Of a DNA stretch of 64,000 nucleotides, positions 39,001-52,772 are shown piece after piece; the stretch's first letter is position 1; each line of letters opens with the position of its first letter. Where the stretch lies: contig CM075982.1 of NCBI GenBank assembly GCA_038087875.1, forward strand, positions 36,642,001-36,706,000, read 5' to 3'. Source of the DNA: Malacoraja senta. Its lineage: Eukaryota. The position numbers and the translations under genes were made by a program. A model generated the notes under the pieces. It was not told the origin of the DNA. It did no database searches and worked only from the letters and a program-made list of their open reading frames with translations.

Positions 39001-39273
39001 GTCGACGGCGGCGGCGAAGGGTTGGGTTTTGGCGCGGCAAGTTTTTCTTCCAGAATACCTATTCTGGACGTCGGGGGTCACCAAATGTAGCGGATGCAGA
39101 GTTGTCCGTTAAAGAACGAGGCAGACACAAAGTTTGTCTGCAATACTGGTTCTTTATTGCACACTAATTCTCCTCACTCACCAACACTGTGCGCACGCGA
39201 TTAACCCTTAAATAGTACCCAGGGGCACCCGTGACCAAACCGTGACCCCTACCTTTCATCCAGTGCTGTCACA
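36001..39273 (-). mobile_element. Internally deleted Ty3/Gypsy LTR retrotransposon; 5' LTR 39086-39273, 3' LTR 36001-36256
   Basis: TG...CA LTRs; TGAG TSD (35997-36000 and 39274-39277); PBS TGGTGACCCCCGACG complementary to the tRNA-Trp 3' end; G-rich PPT near 36261-36272; domain order gag(LKLPTFW)-PR(LLGADFL)-RT(YLDD)-RH(YSTFDRELLA)-IN(HPQSNGLVERFHR). Confidence 0.95.
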
Positions 39274-39748
39274 TGAGGAGTATTTTGTTGAAAGTGGAGT
39301 TAATCAAAATATTTTTATGATCATGTATTTAAATAATTTAAAGTAGCACTTTTAGAGCAAAAGTAGGAGAGGGATAAAGACATTTTAATTGTGATTCAAA
39401 TGTTCTCTATGTTTTTCTAGATTTAAACAGATTGCTATTACTTAACGTGGATTGGTGATTCTCTCTCACCACACTCCACTTTAAAAACAATAAACAGTCA
39501 TAGGTCTCAATTGTTTCTTCAGAGAAAGAAAAAATATTTAATCATCATCCTGTTCTCCCCATATGCTCATTGCATCAATCGTTAATTAAGAGGTAAAGTA
39601 AGCAAGCAAGAGATTGCCTACAGAAATTTATTTTTGTGGGAATGTCAGATGGTGCACTGATACAGAAAATAATTATTTTTTGTATGGAAAATCACACATA
39701 TGCATGGATCTTCTGAATGAGGAGGGACATTTAAAATAAAGTGCTTAC

Positions 39749-39879
39749 CGTCATCTGGTGTTGTGTAGCGAGCAAACTCGGGGAAGTAGTCCTCTATTTT
39801 TGATTTCCCTGCTAGCACTTTCTCTGCCAGCAAATCCTGCTTATTGAGGAAGAGAATTACAGAAATGGTCCGCAGCCAC
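39749..39879 (-). CDS. GNAS: G-alpha-s exon 11 (131 bp)
   Basis: aatag|G...GACG|gtaagc; (R)[43 protein letters not shown]; G4 NKQD motif. Confidence 0.97.
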
Positions 39880-40139
39880 CTATTTTAAAGAAAAAAACAT
39901 CCAATGATAAAATCTTCAATCTCCCACATATATCCTGATTTTGATTGATAGAGAATTTGGTTCGATGCAACTTCACTTTATTCATAACTGCTTCGTTTTT
40001 ACTACTAAGTATTGTAATTTTGTTTTCAGCTATTGTTTCATTCCTTGTGTATTGTAAAGGTGTTCTCTGCTTGACAATTCTAATAGCAATTGGGATTGGC
40101 AATTGTTATCAATGCTATTTCTGTTTTGATTAATCCGTT

Positions 40140-41270
40140 ACATGCTTAGTTTCTAGCACCAAAATCTCCACAGATATGGGGTATAAAATATGAGTTGGGA
40201 TGCTATGTTACAACTGTGCACAATACTGGTGAGACCATATGTGAAGTGTTGCTTGCACGAAAGGAAAGATTTGTTTATGTGGGAAAAACTGCAGAAAAGA
40301 TTCACCAGGATAGTGTCTGCATTGAAGGATGTTTGTTATGGGTAGAGATGGATTATGCTGATTTTGTTTTCCCTGAGTGAGAGGCTGAGGGATTCCTGAT
40401 CAAAGTATAACAGATTCTGCAAGGTACAGATAAGATAGGCAGACAAAATATTTTTCTCTATGGTGGGTACCAGAAACAAGAGGGCATAGGCTTAATGTAA
40501 AAAGTGGTTTTAAAGGGGTTCTGAGGGTTTGTTAATTTTTTAACAATGTGTGTTTGATATCTGGAATACACTGCCAGAAGAGGTGCTAGAATCAGATACA
40601 ATCATTGTGTTTACAAGGCATTTAAATGGTCACTTAAATAAGAATAGGGTTCCAGAGTAGATGGGCAAAACAATCAGCATGGAATTGGCAGCTGAAAGGC
40701 CCATTTCGGAGCTGTGCAATCCTTGACTTTCGTCAATGGCATTACTTACAATCATAGAGTCATACAGCACAGAAACAGGCCCAACTCATCCATGCCGCAT
40801 AAGATGCCACATCTAAGTTAGTCTAATTTGTCCGTGTTTGGCTTAACTACCTCAAAACCTTTGCTATCCATATACCTGTTCAAATGTCTTTTAAATGTAC
40901 CAGCCTCATACTTCCTCTAGCAGCTCTTTGCATATGCGCGTCACCCTCTGCGTGAAAAGTTGTCCTTCGACTTCCTCTCTCACCTTTAACCTATGCCCTC
41001 TAATCTTGGGGGAAAAAAGATTGTGCATTTGCCACCATTTATTCCCCTTTTGATTGTATACATCTCTATAAGATCACCCCTCAGCCTCAAGTACTCCATG
41101 GAATAAAGTCCTAACCTGCCCAACTCTCCCTACAGGCTATGCCCTCGAGTCCTGAAACATTCTTGTGCATCTTCTCTGCACCCTTTCCAGCACAATGGCA
41201 GCTTTCCTGCAACAGGGTGACCAAAACTGAACATAATACTCCAAGTGCAGCCTCACCTACCTTGTGTACA
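40140..41270. mobile_element. Two degenerate CR1 3' fragments, tail to tail (+ about 40140-40730; - about 40750-41270)
   Basis: Similarity to the CR1 at 20100-20760 in both orientations. Confidence 0.65.
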
Positions 41271-41997
41271 ATCAAATAGAAGGCAGTTCTAGAAGATGGC
41301 AACTTTGTCAAGAGACCCTTTTTAAACTAAACCTAGACAGGGGAAACTCACACATCACATACAAAAAAATTGGACCAAAATGCTTGCCATTACAACCACC
41401 TTCCTTTGTAATGCAAGCAAAATTGGCATTTGAGATAATTGGGAGCTTGCTTTTAGTTGCCATTTTATGCAGTAGCAAAGCAAGGTTTTCATACTAACTG
41501 GCCTCCTGAAGACTAAACACGGTACAGCAACAAGTTATGAAGGCAACCAGATATTATAAATTGTGGATCTCTGAATCACCACTCTCTTCTGACACTTCAA
41601 CCGACAGGATAAATGCGATCTTTCAACAAAATCATGACCAGCATTCTGAACAGTTTCAATTTAAGAGGTAACTTTCAATTCAATCCAAAAGTTACAGACC
41701 CTCGAGTCCTGGCAACATCCTCTTAAATCTTCTCTGCATCTTTTCCAAAGAGCCAGGAGTTAAGTTTAAACTCTTTAATTTAAACACCAAGGGCAGTAAA
41801 ATTGAATTCTTTACCTGCTTTGAAGAATGGCTGTTGCATCAATTAGAAAAGTGATGTTTTAAAAATATTAAAGTTAAGAATAAAGGACAAAGCTGGGTAA
41901 AATGAAATTAAGGAATCAACAATAATTTCAATGAAATGGATAAGTCTTGTTCCCATGTCTCAATATAAATACAAACATCATAGGTGTAACAAATTTA

Positions 41998-42165
<168 letters not shown>

Positions 42166-42209
42166 TTAGTAAAAAAAAGAAAATTATTGGATTACAATAT
42201 CAGCTAATT

Positions 42210-45200
42210 TTTATTTATTTTTTGAAAATATTTTTTATTGGAGATAAGTACACAACCTATTAACATCATTACAGTCTTACATTTTTAAATTGATAATATT
42301 ATCAATTATTATTACATTGTCTCCAATACCTTTTGCCTTTTTAAAAAAAAACTAGATAGAAGTAAAAAGATAGCTGAAGTAAAGAAAGAAAAGAGAGAGA
42401 AGAAAAAGAGAAGAAAAAAAAGAAGAAAAAAAAACAAAAACAAAAAAAAAAAAAAGAGAAAGATAGTTAAAGAAGAATGGAAACATTTATTAAAATAAAA
42501 AACTTCATTCGAGATATATTCGTACATTTCAGAGTATAGCATTTCATCCATTCTTTAGCCCGAGTATTAGTCAGGTTCCTGTGCTAAACCATTCTGACCC
42601 TTTAAATAATCAATAAAGGGAGACCATGTTCCAACGAATAATTCCTGTTTGTCCAACCGGGAAAATCTGATTCTTTCCACGTTTAAGATCTCCGTCATTT
42701 CTATAATCCACATTTTGATTGTGGGGGGCGTAAGGCCTTTCCAAAATTTTAGAATTAATTTTTTCCTGTTATTATACTATAATCAATAAAGTTTCTTTGT
42801 GTTGTTGTAAATGTTTGATTTAATTCTAATGTTCTGAGTATTATTAATTTTGGATCCGGGTCCAATTGTGTGCTGGTCACTTTAGATATTATACTAAAAA
42901 TATTTACCCAGAATTTTTTTAATTTTTATACAGTTTGCAAACATATGAGATAAGGTAGCTTCTAAATGTTGACATTTATCACATATAGGTGAGATATGTT
43001 GAAAGATTTTATGTAATTTTGTTTTTGAATAATGTAACCTATGTATTACTTTAAATTGTATTAAAGAATGTCTGGCATTTAATGAACATTGATGTATGTG
43101 TTGTAAACTTTCTTCCCAAGTATCTTTTGTTATTATTTGATTTAATTCTTTTTCCCATGTTTGTCTGTGTAAGTCCGTCGATGGAATGTCACTGTCTAAT
43201 AAGATATTATATATATAAGATATTAATTTTTCTGTATTAGGATGTTTATTCCAACATTCGTCAAGAATTTCTGAATTTCTAATTCGAAAATTTTGAGTAT
43301 TCGATTTTACATAATCTCTGAGTTGAAGATATCTGAAATAATCATTTCCTCGGAGTCCATAAGTCTGTTGCAACTCCTGAAATGTCAGAAAAGTGCCTTC
43401 CTTGTAAAGTTGTCCCATATTTTTAATTCCATAATTCTTCCATTGTGTAAAACCCCTGTCCAACCATGAGGGCTTAAACAAAGGGTTATTCACAATTGGG
43501 AGAAAAAGTGATAAATTATCTAATTTTAATGTCTTTTTTAATTGTTTCCAAATTCGTATGGCACTAAATATTATAGGGTTTTCCCTATAATTTTTTTTGT
43601 TTAATTTAGATGTAGCAAATAATATCGAACCGATATCAAAAGGCAAACAATCTTCCTTTTCCATTTTTAACCAATCTGGTTGTTGATCTATTTCTTCCAA
43701 CCAGAAATTCATATTTTTAATATTAACTGCCCAAAAATAAAACAGAAAGTTGGGTAAAACCAAGCCTCCATTTATTTTTGATTTACACAAATGTATTTTA
43801 TTTATCCTATGATTCTTATAATCCCAGATAAAATCATTAACAATGGAGTCCAATTTTTTAAAAAAGTTTTTTGACAAATATATGAATCTAATGTACAATT
43901 GAAGTCTCCTCCAATTATTAATTTATATTGTGTAAATTCAGGAATTTTATTAAATGTTTTATTAAAAAACATAGGGTTATCAAAATTAGGCCCATATACA
44001 TTAAGAAGAATCACTTTTTCTCCATTTAACTCTCCAACTAATATAATATATCTACCATCAATATCCGCTATTGTTGATGAATTCGTAAATGGTATTCCTT
44101 TACGAATTAATATTGCAACTCCTCTGGACTTATGGGAAAAAGAGGAATGATATGATTCAGCTATCCACTTAGCTTTAAGTCTATGTTGAGATTCCTTTTT
44201 AAGGTGTGTTTCTTGAAGGAATATTATATCTGTTTTGATTAAATTTAGATGTGCCAAAACTTTACCTCTCTTAATTGGTTCATTGATTCCCTTGACATTC
44301 CAACTACAAAATGTTATTCCCTGACCCCCTCTTGTCATATTAACATCTTGCATATTGTTTCTAAGGTGGTCTATAACCGAGCAGAAGGTGCAACACATAA
44401 AACCTGACCCTGCTCCCGAACCTAAAATAGATGAATTTAAAATCATATACATCGCTCTTCCGAACACATCTCCTTGTATTAGTCTTGTTTTTCCATTCAA
44501 ACATTAAGTTATAAAAATATTTAAAGTGAAAAAAGTGATAGAATTGGTTAGTATAGGGTGAAAGAAAAAAAACTACATCTACAATTAGTGTAGTTAGTGA
44601 TAGCCACACTAACGTGGCTAGAATTCTAAAGACTTCCGTAGCCTTTGTAAAAAAAAATTCCCAGCTCCGTGGCCGAAAAAAAAAGATTATTTCTAACAAT
44701 CAAATAACTTCTTTTGGAGTAACAAACATATATACATACCCATACATACACACACACATACATACACATATACATATATATATATATATATATATACCCA
44801 TATGCATACATACATAAGCACGTATCCCTGCAGAAAAGTCCGAGAACAGCATAAATTCACAACGTTATTATTCTCTACATAACATATTAATATCTTCGCT
44901 AAATCTATAAATTTAATTTTAAATTGAAAAATAAAGAGAAAAACCGTCAAACCTTATTATGACGTAGGCTGAATTACCTCTTGCATATCTTCCTATATAA
45001 TATAAGTATGTAATTCATTTCTACGTTAACCAAAGACTGTTAGTTATTAATCATTGTTATCAATCATACCCAGTATTAAATTTTTATGAGTAATATAAAT
45101 GTTAATAATTTTAGTAGTAATATAGATATTTAATAAGTATTAGTTGTTACATATATAGTTAGATATGAATATACAGATAATAATAGTGATTAATAAAAAT

Positions 45201-46522
45201 ATATATATTTTTTTTAAACATGGTTTTCTCCAATGTCCACCGTCCATTTCGGTTTTCGAATGTCCTTAAAGCTCTTAAAAGAACTTTAAAGGTCCTTTTA
45301 GATCTGGCGGTCCCGTTAATCCTTGACTCCTGAGGAGTAATGTAAATTCTTCAGTCTGTGGTCACGTTCCCGATTTCTTTGGCATATTCCAGTGCTTTTT
45401 CGTGGTCTGTAAAAAATTGCTCCTTGTTCTTGTAGGTGACTCTTAGTCTTGCGGGGTAAAGCAGGCCGTATCTCAAATCAGGTACATTCTTCAGTATTCT
45501 TTTTGTCTCAGTGAACAGCGCCCTTTTCTTGAAGACCTCTGCCGGATAATCTCGGTAAATACTGAACCTCACACCTTCAAAATAGAGCTGTCCGCTTCGG
45601 ACGATTTTCTTCATTATATCGTCAAATTCATGATCCAGTTGCACCTTTACGATAATTTGTCTTGGATGGGCATCATCTTGTGTACGACGTCGCTGCGCTC
45701 TATGAGCTCGACCGAGTGAAGGTTTTTGATCCAATTTTAAGGCTTTTTGTAGTAGGTCTGCCACAAAATCCCGAGAGCCCATTTCCCTCTCACTTCCTTC
45801 TTTCACCCCTACAATTCTTAGATTCTTACGTCTTTGACGCCCCTCCAAATCGGTACATTTATCACTTAATTTGATCACCATACCGGAGAGGCGTTGGTTT
45901 TCAGTAAGGAGTCGACTTACAGTTTCCTCACTTGCCGCCGCCCATTTCTCAAGTTCGGTTATCGCTGTTCTATGTTGATCGAGATCTTGATGAATGGGGG
46001 CCATCTCCATTTTAACGTTCGCTTACACCGAAACGAGCCTGGCTTCCAGCACTTCCATCTGTTCCTTGACCTCTTCCTCCCTCGACCTCTTCCAGACTTC
46101 CAGTATTTCTTGAACGGTAGAAAGCATTTCTGCTTTAAAATCTACCTTAAAAAAGTTAAGTTCCTCTTTAAAATTCTCTCCAAAGGTTTTCAACTCAGCA
46201 GCGAGAAAAGTTTTAAGATCATCCATTTCAGACTTTTTCTGCTTTGATTTCTTCGGAGGGTCTTCCTGGGCCGTCATTGTAACTGAGGCCGAGGCCTCAG
46301 TTAGGCCTTCCTCTTCCATCGGTGGTTTCCCTTTAACGTTTTTTTTTTTGTGTCCCACAAAACGACATACCGTCAAAGTCGCGCGCCTGATGACGTCACG
46401 CGGCAGGCAACCGTTCAGACCGCGATCGCTGCAGGTAAGACCCAATTTTCTCCCGTTTTCAATTTCTTCGGCACGGAGCTAGTTGGCACTGGACTCAAGC
46501 CTCCATAGCGCCACCGGAAGTC
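42210..46522 (-). mobile_element. L1-clade LINE with both ends, ORF1 and endonuclease, but the RT domain deleted
   Basis: TSD AATATCAGCTAATT (42196-42209 and 46523-46536); 5' end GACTTCCGGTGGCGC; ORF1 DLEGRQRRKNLRIVGV...YGLLYPARLRV; EN SWNVKG, FLQETHL, NVYGPN, IGGDFN; C-terminal CDKC...HMFANC knuckle. Confidence 0.93.
46391..46398. promoter_or_regulatory. Palindromic CRE (TGACGTCA) in the L1 5' region
   Basis: Exact TGACGTCA in a CpG-rich segment; ETS-like ACCGGAAGT at 46513-46521. Confidence 0.35.
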
Positions 46523-47590
46523 AATATCAGCTAATTAACACAACATGGTTTCACTGTTTGAAAACACATGCACAGGTTAAAGCGTCTTGATAACTATAGC
46601 AATATTGCAGACTACGTTGCACAATCAATGTCAAGTGGAACTGCCTACATATCAGTGGTATAAATATTAAAGTAAGGTGGAATTCTGCAACATAGAGACA
46701 GTGGAATAATGCAGACTAATACGGTATGAAAATGCAAGCATGGAACAAGGGATAAAATAGAAAGGAAGGCCAAGTTATTATATAGTGAAGGACAGATAAA
46801 CTTGGAAAAGATCAGAAGAACAAGTTGAGATAGAAGTATTGAACCAAAGCTGCTCTCTATATGGCAAGAACTATTATTACTGTAGATGCTATAAAAGTTA
46901 TTTGAAATGATATATATTTATATTGGATGAAGAGGTCATATGGTTGCAAATTATTCTTTTTTACCTGTACAGGTAATTTCTTTAGTCCAAATAATTTGTC
47001 CAACAAGCAAAACTAAGATTAATGGCAATGTATTTTAGCCAAATGTAAATGTATCAATGATAGGCCAAATGAAATTAGCATTAATGTCTGTTGAATCAAT
47101 AGTGTAAACTAGCTAAAATTATCAGTTTAAAAAAATGGCATTTATCGTTCTGAAGTTATGAATACTGGATAGTAAGCACCATGGATGGGAGCCCCTCACC
47201 TTTTAGCATTTACACTGCCATTTCCTAAATAATTGCAGCAGAGTGAAATTGCAAGGAGCACAATGCTGCAGACATCAGCTATGTTATTTTGCTTCTTTAA
47301 GCTTCATCAATTTGATTCCAGGATGCAAGTGACTATTGAAGTGAACTAGATAAACCGGGCTTTCCCTAGTGTATCATTTAGTTGGTCCAGTGCGATGGAC
47401 AAAAGCCTAACTGACATCTAGTTAAACCTATACAACTAGGCTGGCAGACTTGGAAATTGTAACGTTAAATGAGTTATGCATTCATTCTCCTTGAATTGGT
47501 TTGCCTTCCTGTTTCCAAGTGAATGGATATACTTGGTCAGACAATCTTCACACAAGTGTAATACATCTTTATCAAGGCATATTCGCTTCA

Positions 47591-47746
<156 letters not shown>

Positions 47747-47792
47747 TCACATTCAAAAAGTGTGACCAAAGTTGAAGATGAAAGTTAAGGTA

Positions 47793-49810
47793 GTTTAGTT
47801 TAGTTTGTTTTTGTTGCGTGCTAACCAGTCGGCGAAAAGACAATACATGAAGACAATTGAGCATTCCAGTGTAGATACATGATGATGGGAATAAGGCTTA
47901 GAGCAAGATAAAGTCCAGTAAAATCCAATAAAAGATAGACTGAGGGTCTCCAATGAGGTAGATAGCAGCTCAGGATTAGTCTCTAGTAGTTCAGTCAATC
48001 TAGCAAATTTGAGGGGTTACCCGCCACTAATTGCAAAATAAGTTATTCTATTGCAGTTCATGCCAGTATGGTCCTCTAAACACCATACTAAAAGTCCTAA
48101 AAAAAAACCTCACATGGGAAAGTGGTGTAATTTGCATAATATGCAAATTAGCTTTCGCCATTAGAGAAAATTCATATTTCATAATTTATTTCATAAATTC
48201 AGGAACATGGCAACTTGTCTGACTGGTAGCAGTGGTACTCCACAGTTCAGTCCAGAGATAGCCTTCATTAGCATTCAAACAACCTTCACTAGCCTTTGAA
48301 TGCATTCTAACTATCTTCACTATAATTACAGCCTTCAAGAAATTGTCATCAAATCTTATTAAAACATTTCGGCTCTCGAGAAGACTACTAGAGAGTTATA
48401 GAGCATTTGAAGGCTTTTTGAAGGCTGGTATGCCTGCATAACTTGTCATAGTAATTTCAATAGTATTAAGCATTCAAATGCATTAAAGTACTCTGCTTTG
48501 TAGGTGTATGAAGGGAATCTGAATGTTGTGTACCCTTGCAACGTCTACCATGGTCAAGAGGTCAATCCTTTGAGAGCATTTGTCATATGTATGTCGCATA
48601 TGTGACAAATCGGTATGGAAAAGCAACCATTGTCTTCGATGGTTATGAAGATGGGCCTGTCATCAAGGATGCTACACACTGCAGACGCACTGGCAGCTCC
48701 AAGGGACCAAATGTGATATTCACAAGAGAGACTTCGCTGAAACTGAAGAAAAATGAGTTTCGCGTCAACAAAGTAAACAAACAAAGGTTTCTTTATATGC
48801 TGGGTTCCTTCCATGAGAGGGCGGGCTGCACAACGGAGATGCAGACATCCTGATCGTCAAGACAGCAGTAGAGTCAGCGAAGGTTGTTGACACCATTTTT
48901 ATTGGTATGATACAGATCTGCTAATCCTGTTGTGCTACCATGGAGATGCAATCAAGAAAGAGCTATTCATAAAACCTGAAACCAAAGCCAACACCAAAAA
49001 GCACAGGGTATGGAACATAAAGACGACAATGAAGATCTCGCGAAAGAAAATCTGTTCCAGACTACTCTTCGTACATGCATTTTTTGGATGTGATACATCA
49101 AGAGTTTTTGGTGTAGGCAAAGCAGTGGCTTTGTTTAGAATGCCATTTTTTGTAAGACACACGGATGCAAACATATCAGACAATTTTTATTTTCTCTGAT
49201 TGAAAAAGCTAAATCATACAAGTTAAACTCATAATATTAACCTGTGAATATGTTCATCATTTTCACAGATCATGAAAACATGGTTTTGGATACTTTAATT
49301 GCTGCTTATATTACAAATGACACTGGAAATTATGAATTTTCTCTAATGGCGGAAGCTAATTTGCATATTATGCAAATTACACCACTTTCCCATGCTACGA
49401 TTTTTAAGGACTTTTAGTATGGTGTTTAGGGGACCATTCTGTAATTCACTGCAGTAAAGTAAATTCTTTTGGGTGATGGTGAAGGCACTACTTTGACTGG
49501 ACTATAGTTGTTGGTAGGATGTTTCAGTTGCCTGATAGCAGCTGGGAATAAACTGTCCCTGATTCTGGAGGTGTGCGCTTTCACACTTCTATACCTCTTG
49601 CATAATGGGAGAGGGAATAGGGAGTGGCTGGGATGCGACTCATCCTTGATTATACTGTTGGCCTTGCCGAGACAGCATGAAGTATAAATGGAATCAATGG
49701 AAGGGAAGTTGGTTTGTATGATGGTCTGGGCAGCGTCCACAATTCTCTGCAATTTCGTGCAGTCTTGGATGGAACTGTCCCCAAAACAAGCTGTGATAAA
49801 ATGCATCTGT
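47793..49810 (-). mobile_element. Rex1-like LINE 3' fragment, split by the Academ-like insertion
   Basis: KLQRIVDAAQTII...HPSHSLF...RYRSVKAHTSRIRDSLFPAAIR; host continues across the TAG TSD; (CTAAA)n tail near 47793. Confidence 0.75.
47987..49504 (+). mobile_element. AcademX-like DNA transposon derivative with an XPG/PIN-nuclease remnant
   Basis: Termini TAGTTCAGTCAA...TTGACTGGACTA; TAG TSD (47984-47986 and 49505-49507); subterminal inverted repeats of about 150 bp (about 48032-48180 and 49326-49472); broken ORF IVFDGY...DADILIV...DTDLLIL...HAFFGCDT...FGVGK. Confidence 0.75.
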
Positions 49811-50602
49811 AGTGGTCAGGCCCAGTAAGTTTCAAAGGAAGGACAGGTAGGGAATGGTGAAGGAATATGGCGATGCCAATGTGCTGGCGTGTTTATTTTA
49901 ATGCAAGGGGTATCGTGGACAAGCAGATTAACTTAGAGCCTTGGCACTATGATGCTGTGCCTATTGTTGTAAACATGGTTATGGGAGGGCCATGACTGCA
50001 AATTCAATATTCTGGGGTTTCAATGTTTCATACGTAATCTAGGAGGCGGCAAAAGAGGTGGAGGAGTTGTGCTACTGATCAGGAAGAGGCAATTGAAAGC
50101 TTCCAATGAATAGTTATTGAATGGGGATTCACAAGTGCCAAGTTTCCCTTGCTAATAAATAAAGTTATATCTGCACTTGCAATATTCACAATACACAAAA
50201 TTAGTGATAACCAATCAAGCTCACCTTTATTTGGGAAAGTACAGATGAAAAGTGAATTTAACAGTAACCTAGAATTGTCAATTTTAATCAAATAAATGTA
50301 ATTATTTTCTCTGAAAAGTAATTAAGTTATCATCACTGAAATAATTGCATTGTATTTATTTCCCCTTGTTAAGAGATGACTTGTTCCTGGTTGGTTAGCC
50401 GCAGTCAAAATGATGGGGGATGTATAAGAGGCGGTGTAACTATCTTCCTTTGTCATTTATATCCCCCACATTATGGGAAAAGAACAGTCATACACACAGA
50501 CTACAGTGGTCACATGCACAACATTACATGTCAATACAAATGTCAGAATGCCATCAAGACATTAATTCATGCAGTGTAAACCACCGGCCAAGGCATACTC
50601 AC

Positions 50603-50676
50603 TGAAAGTTTACTTTTTCAACTTGAAACCTGGTTTCAAAAATTCCCGATGTCAAAACTCTGCATCTAAGAAGGTC
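50603..50676 (-). CDS. GNAS: G-alpha-s exon 8 (74 bp)
   Basis: tttttgaag|GAC...TTTCA|gtgagt; [24 protein letters not shown](H); switch I Arg201 equivalent intact. Confidence 0.98.
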
Positions 50677-51844
50677 CTTCAAAAAGGAAAAAATACGGCC
50701 ACATGAGAAAAACTATCCGCTACTATCAAGAAACATTAAATCTTTATGGATGTATACAATGGTATTGTGAATAATACTCAAAATACTGAGTTTTGATTGT
50801 AAAGTATTTCAAAATAATGTGCATAAGCAATTCATCATGAGTTTAACAGCCATATTTGAGGTTGGAACACAGCCAAATACAATTGGATTCATCTTTATGA
50901 TAGAAATGTAATATGCAAGGTAGGCATGGGGCATATCAATGATAAGAGATAACTAGGGCAATAATAAGAGAATGAGACAAGAGAGGGGCAAAAACAACAA
51001 ATTATATATTGGAGCAAAGAAACATGTGGGTGTATTTAAAAATAGATCTTCTGTTAGAATGGACATTTTCTTGTTTGATTAATTTTAGCTGCTATGATTG
51101 TGTTATGCATTTGGTTCATGTTTACAGATACCAACTCATCCTTAAAGATAAGGCCACCTTATTGATTTTGCAAAAGGTGGTCTACAGTTGATAACAATAA
51201 TCTCTCAGATTACCAATGAACATGACCAAGTGACCATTCTAGTAATAGATCAATAATAATTCTGCCTAATGTTTGCAAGTGATCTCTACAAATACAACCA
51301 CAGACTCCGAAAAGGTATGAAAAAAAAATGGTGGAAAACATTAGCACCTGGTGCACAACATATCCCAAATATATCACAATCAATATTACCTGGTTCCATC
51401 CACTCCCTAAGGGATCCTTATCAATCACTTAAAAATCAATTTTAGTAGATTAGTCCTGAATTTCAGGCAGACGCTACTTTCTTATTCTACTACTGTGTGG
51501 GCTACAAATGATCTACTCTTCAGGATAAGGTAAAATAGCAAGTACTGGTAATAAACTTTTCTAGTAGGAACACATATCTAATAATCATTATGCAACACCC
51601 TTAATGCTCTCAAATATTTTAATGCATTTAATATCTTTTTGTAACTTCGTGTCCTTACATTGTGATGATCAGAAATGTACGGCTGCACAAATGCAGATGC
51701 ATTCATGATTTAGTGTGACAAGATTAACAGGCTACTTCATCGCAATATTGATCTTTTATTGATCCCAACATATGATTTGCAAGACTTGCTCATACCAAGC
51801 ATTATTTTGACAGCTTCAACTTGTGGGTCCTATTTTCCATCAAC

Positions 51845-52564
51845 ATTTCAAGTTCACATTTATTGTCACATGCACCAACTAAGGTACAGTGATATTTGAG
51901 TTACCATACAGCTATACAAGTAAAAAGAACGCAATACACAATAAATTAAACGTAAGCATCCATCACAGTGGAATCAACATTCCTCACTGTGATGGAAGGC
52001 AATAAAGTTCAGTCATCTTCCTCCTTTGTTCACCCGTGGTGGTCGGGGCCTTGAACCCTCAGCAGTTTGCCGCTGCCGACGGTCCGCTGTTCAAGCCCTC
52101 TTCGTCGGGATCAAGGAAAGTCCGGTGTCGGGACGGATCGGAACACTCCACGGCATGGAGCGCACGAGTCGGCCTTTTCTTACCGGATACTGTGGGCTTC
52201 ACGGTGTTCACAGTCCACAGGCCCCGCAATCGGAGCACTTCCACAGCGATCCTCGGCAAAGGATCGCTCGCTCCGCGATGGCAATTCCATGCCGCGCTTG
52301 TCACTTGAAGCTCCGGGCCGGTCTCCAGGAAAGGCCGCACCAATCCAGTTGTTAGGCCGCAGGGGGAGGGGATGAAGAAAGATCACATCTCCGTCGGGAT
52401 AAGTGACTGAAAACGGTTTCCCCCTATTCCACCCCCACCCTCCCAACACCCCTAATAAGACATACCGAGAAACATTAAAACATACATTTTAGACACACTA
52501 AAAATAACAAAAAAAGTCGAAATAACACACAGGCTGCTGGCAAGGCTGCCATCTCGGCGCCACT
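51845..52564 (-). mobile_element. Non-autonomous LINE-derived element (GC-rich 5' part plus LINE-like 3' tail)
   Basis: 5' GTGGCGCCGAGATGG; 3' GACAATAAA and short repeat tail; shares a CATCACAGTG...CACTGTGATG hairpin with the fragment at about 24165-24345. Confidence 0.5.
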
Positions 52565-52772
52565 CAGTGATTTAATTTCTATTGTTTTAAATAATTTACT
52601 GTGCAAATGTGTACAGCATCTCCACACTTTCTAAGTCTTGTTTTTTTTGGCTATACATCATATACAAACTTAGCCACCCTGTATTTGACCCTGAACAAGA
52701 TGTCCCAAAACAGATGCAAAACTCCATCATTCACGGAGGTTGACTACCCTAAACACAACCACCATTCAGGCT

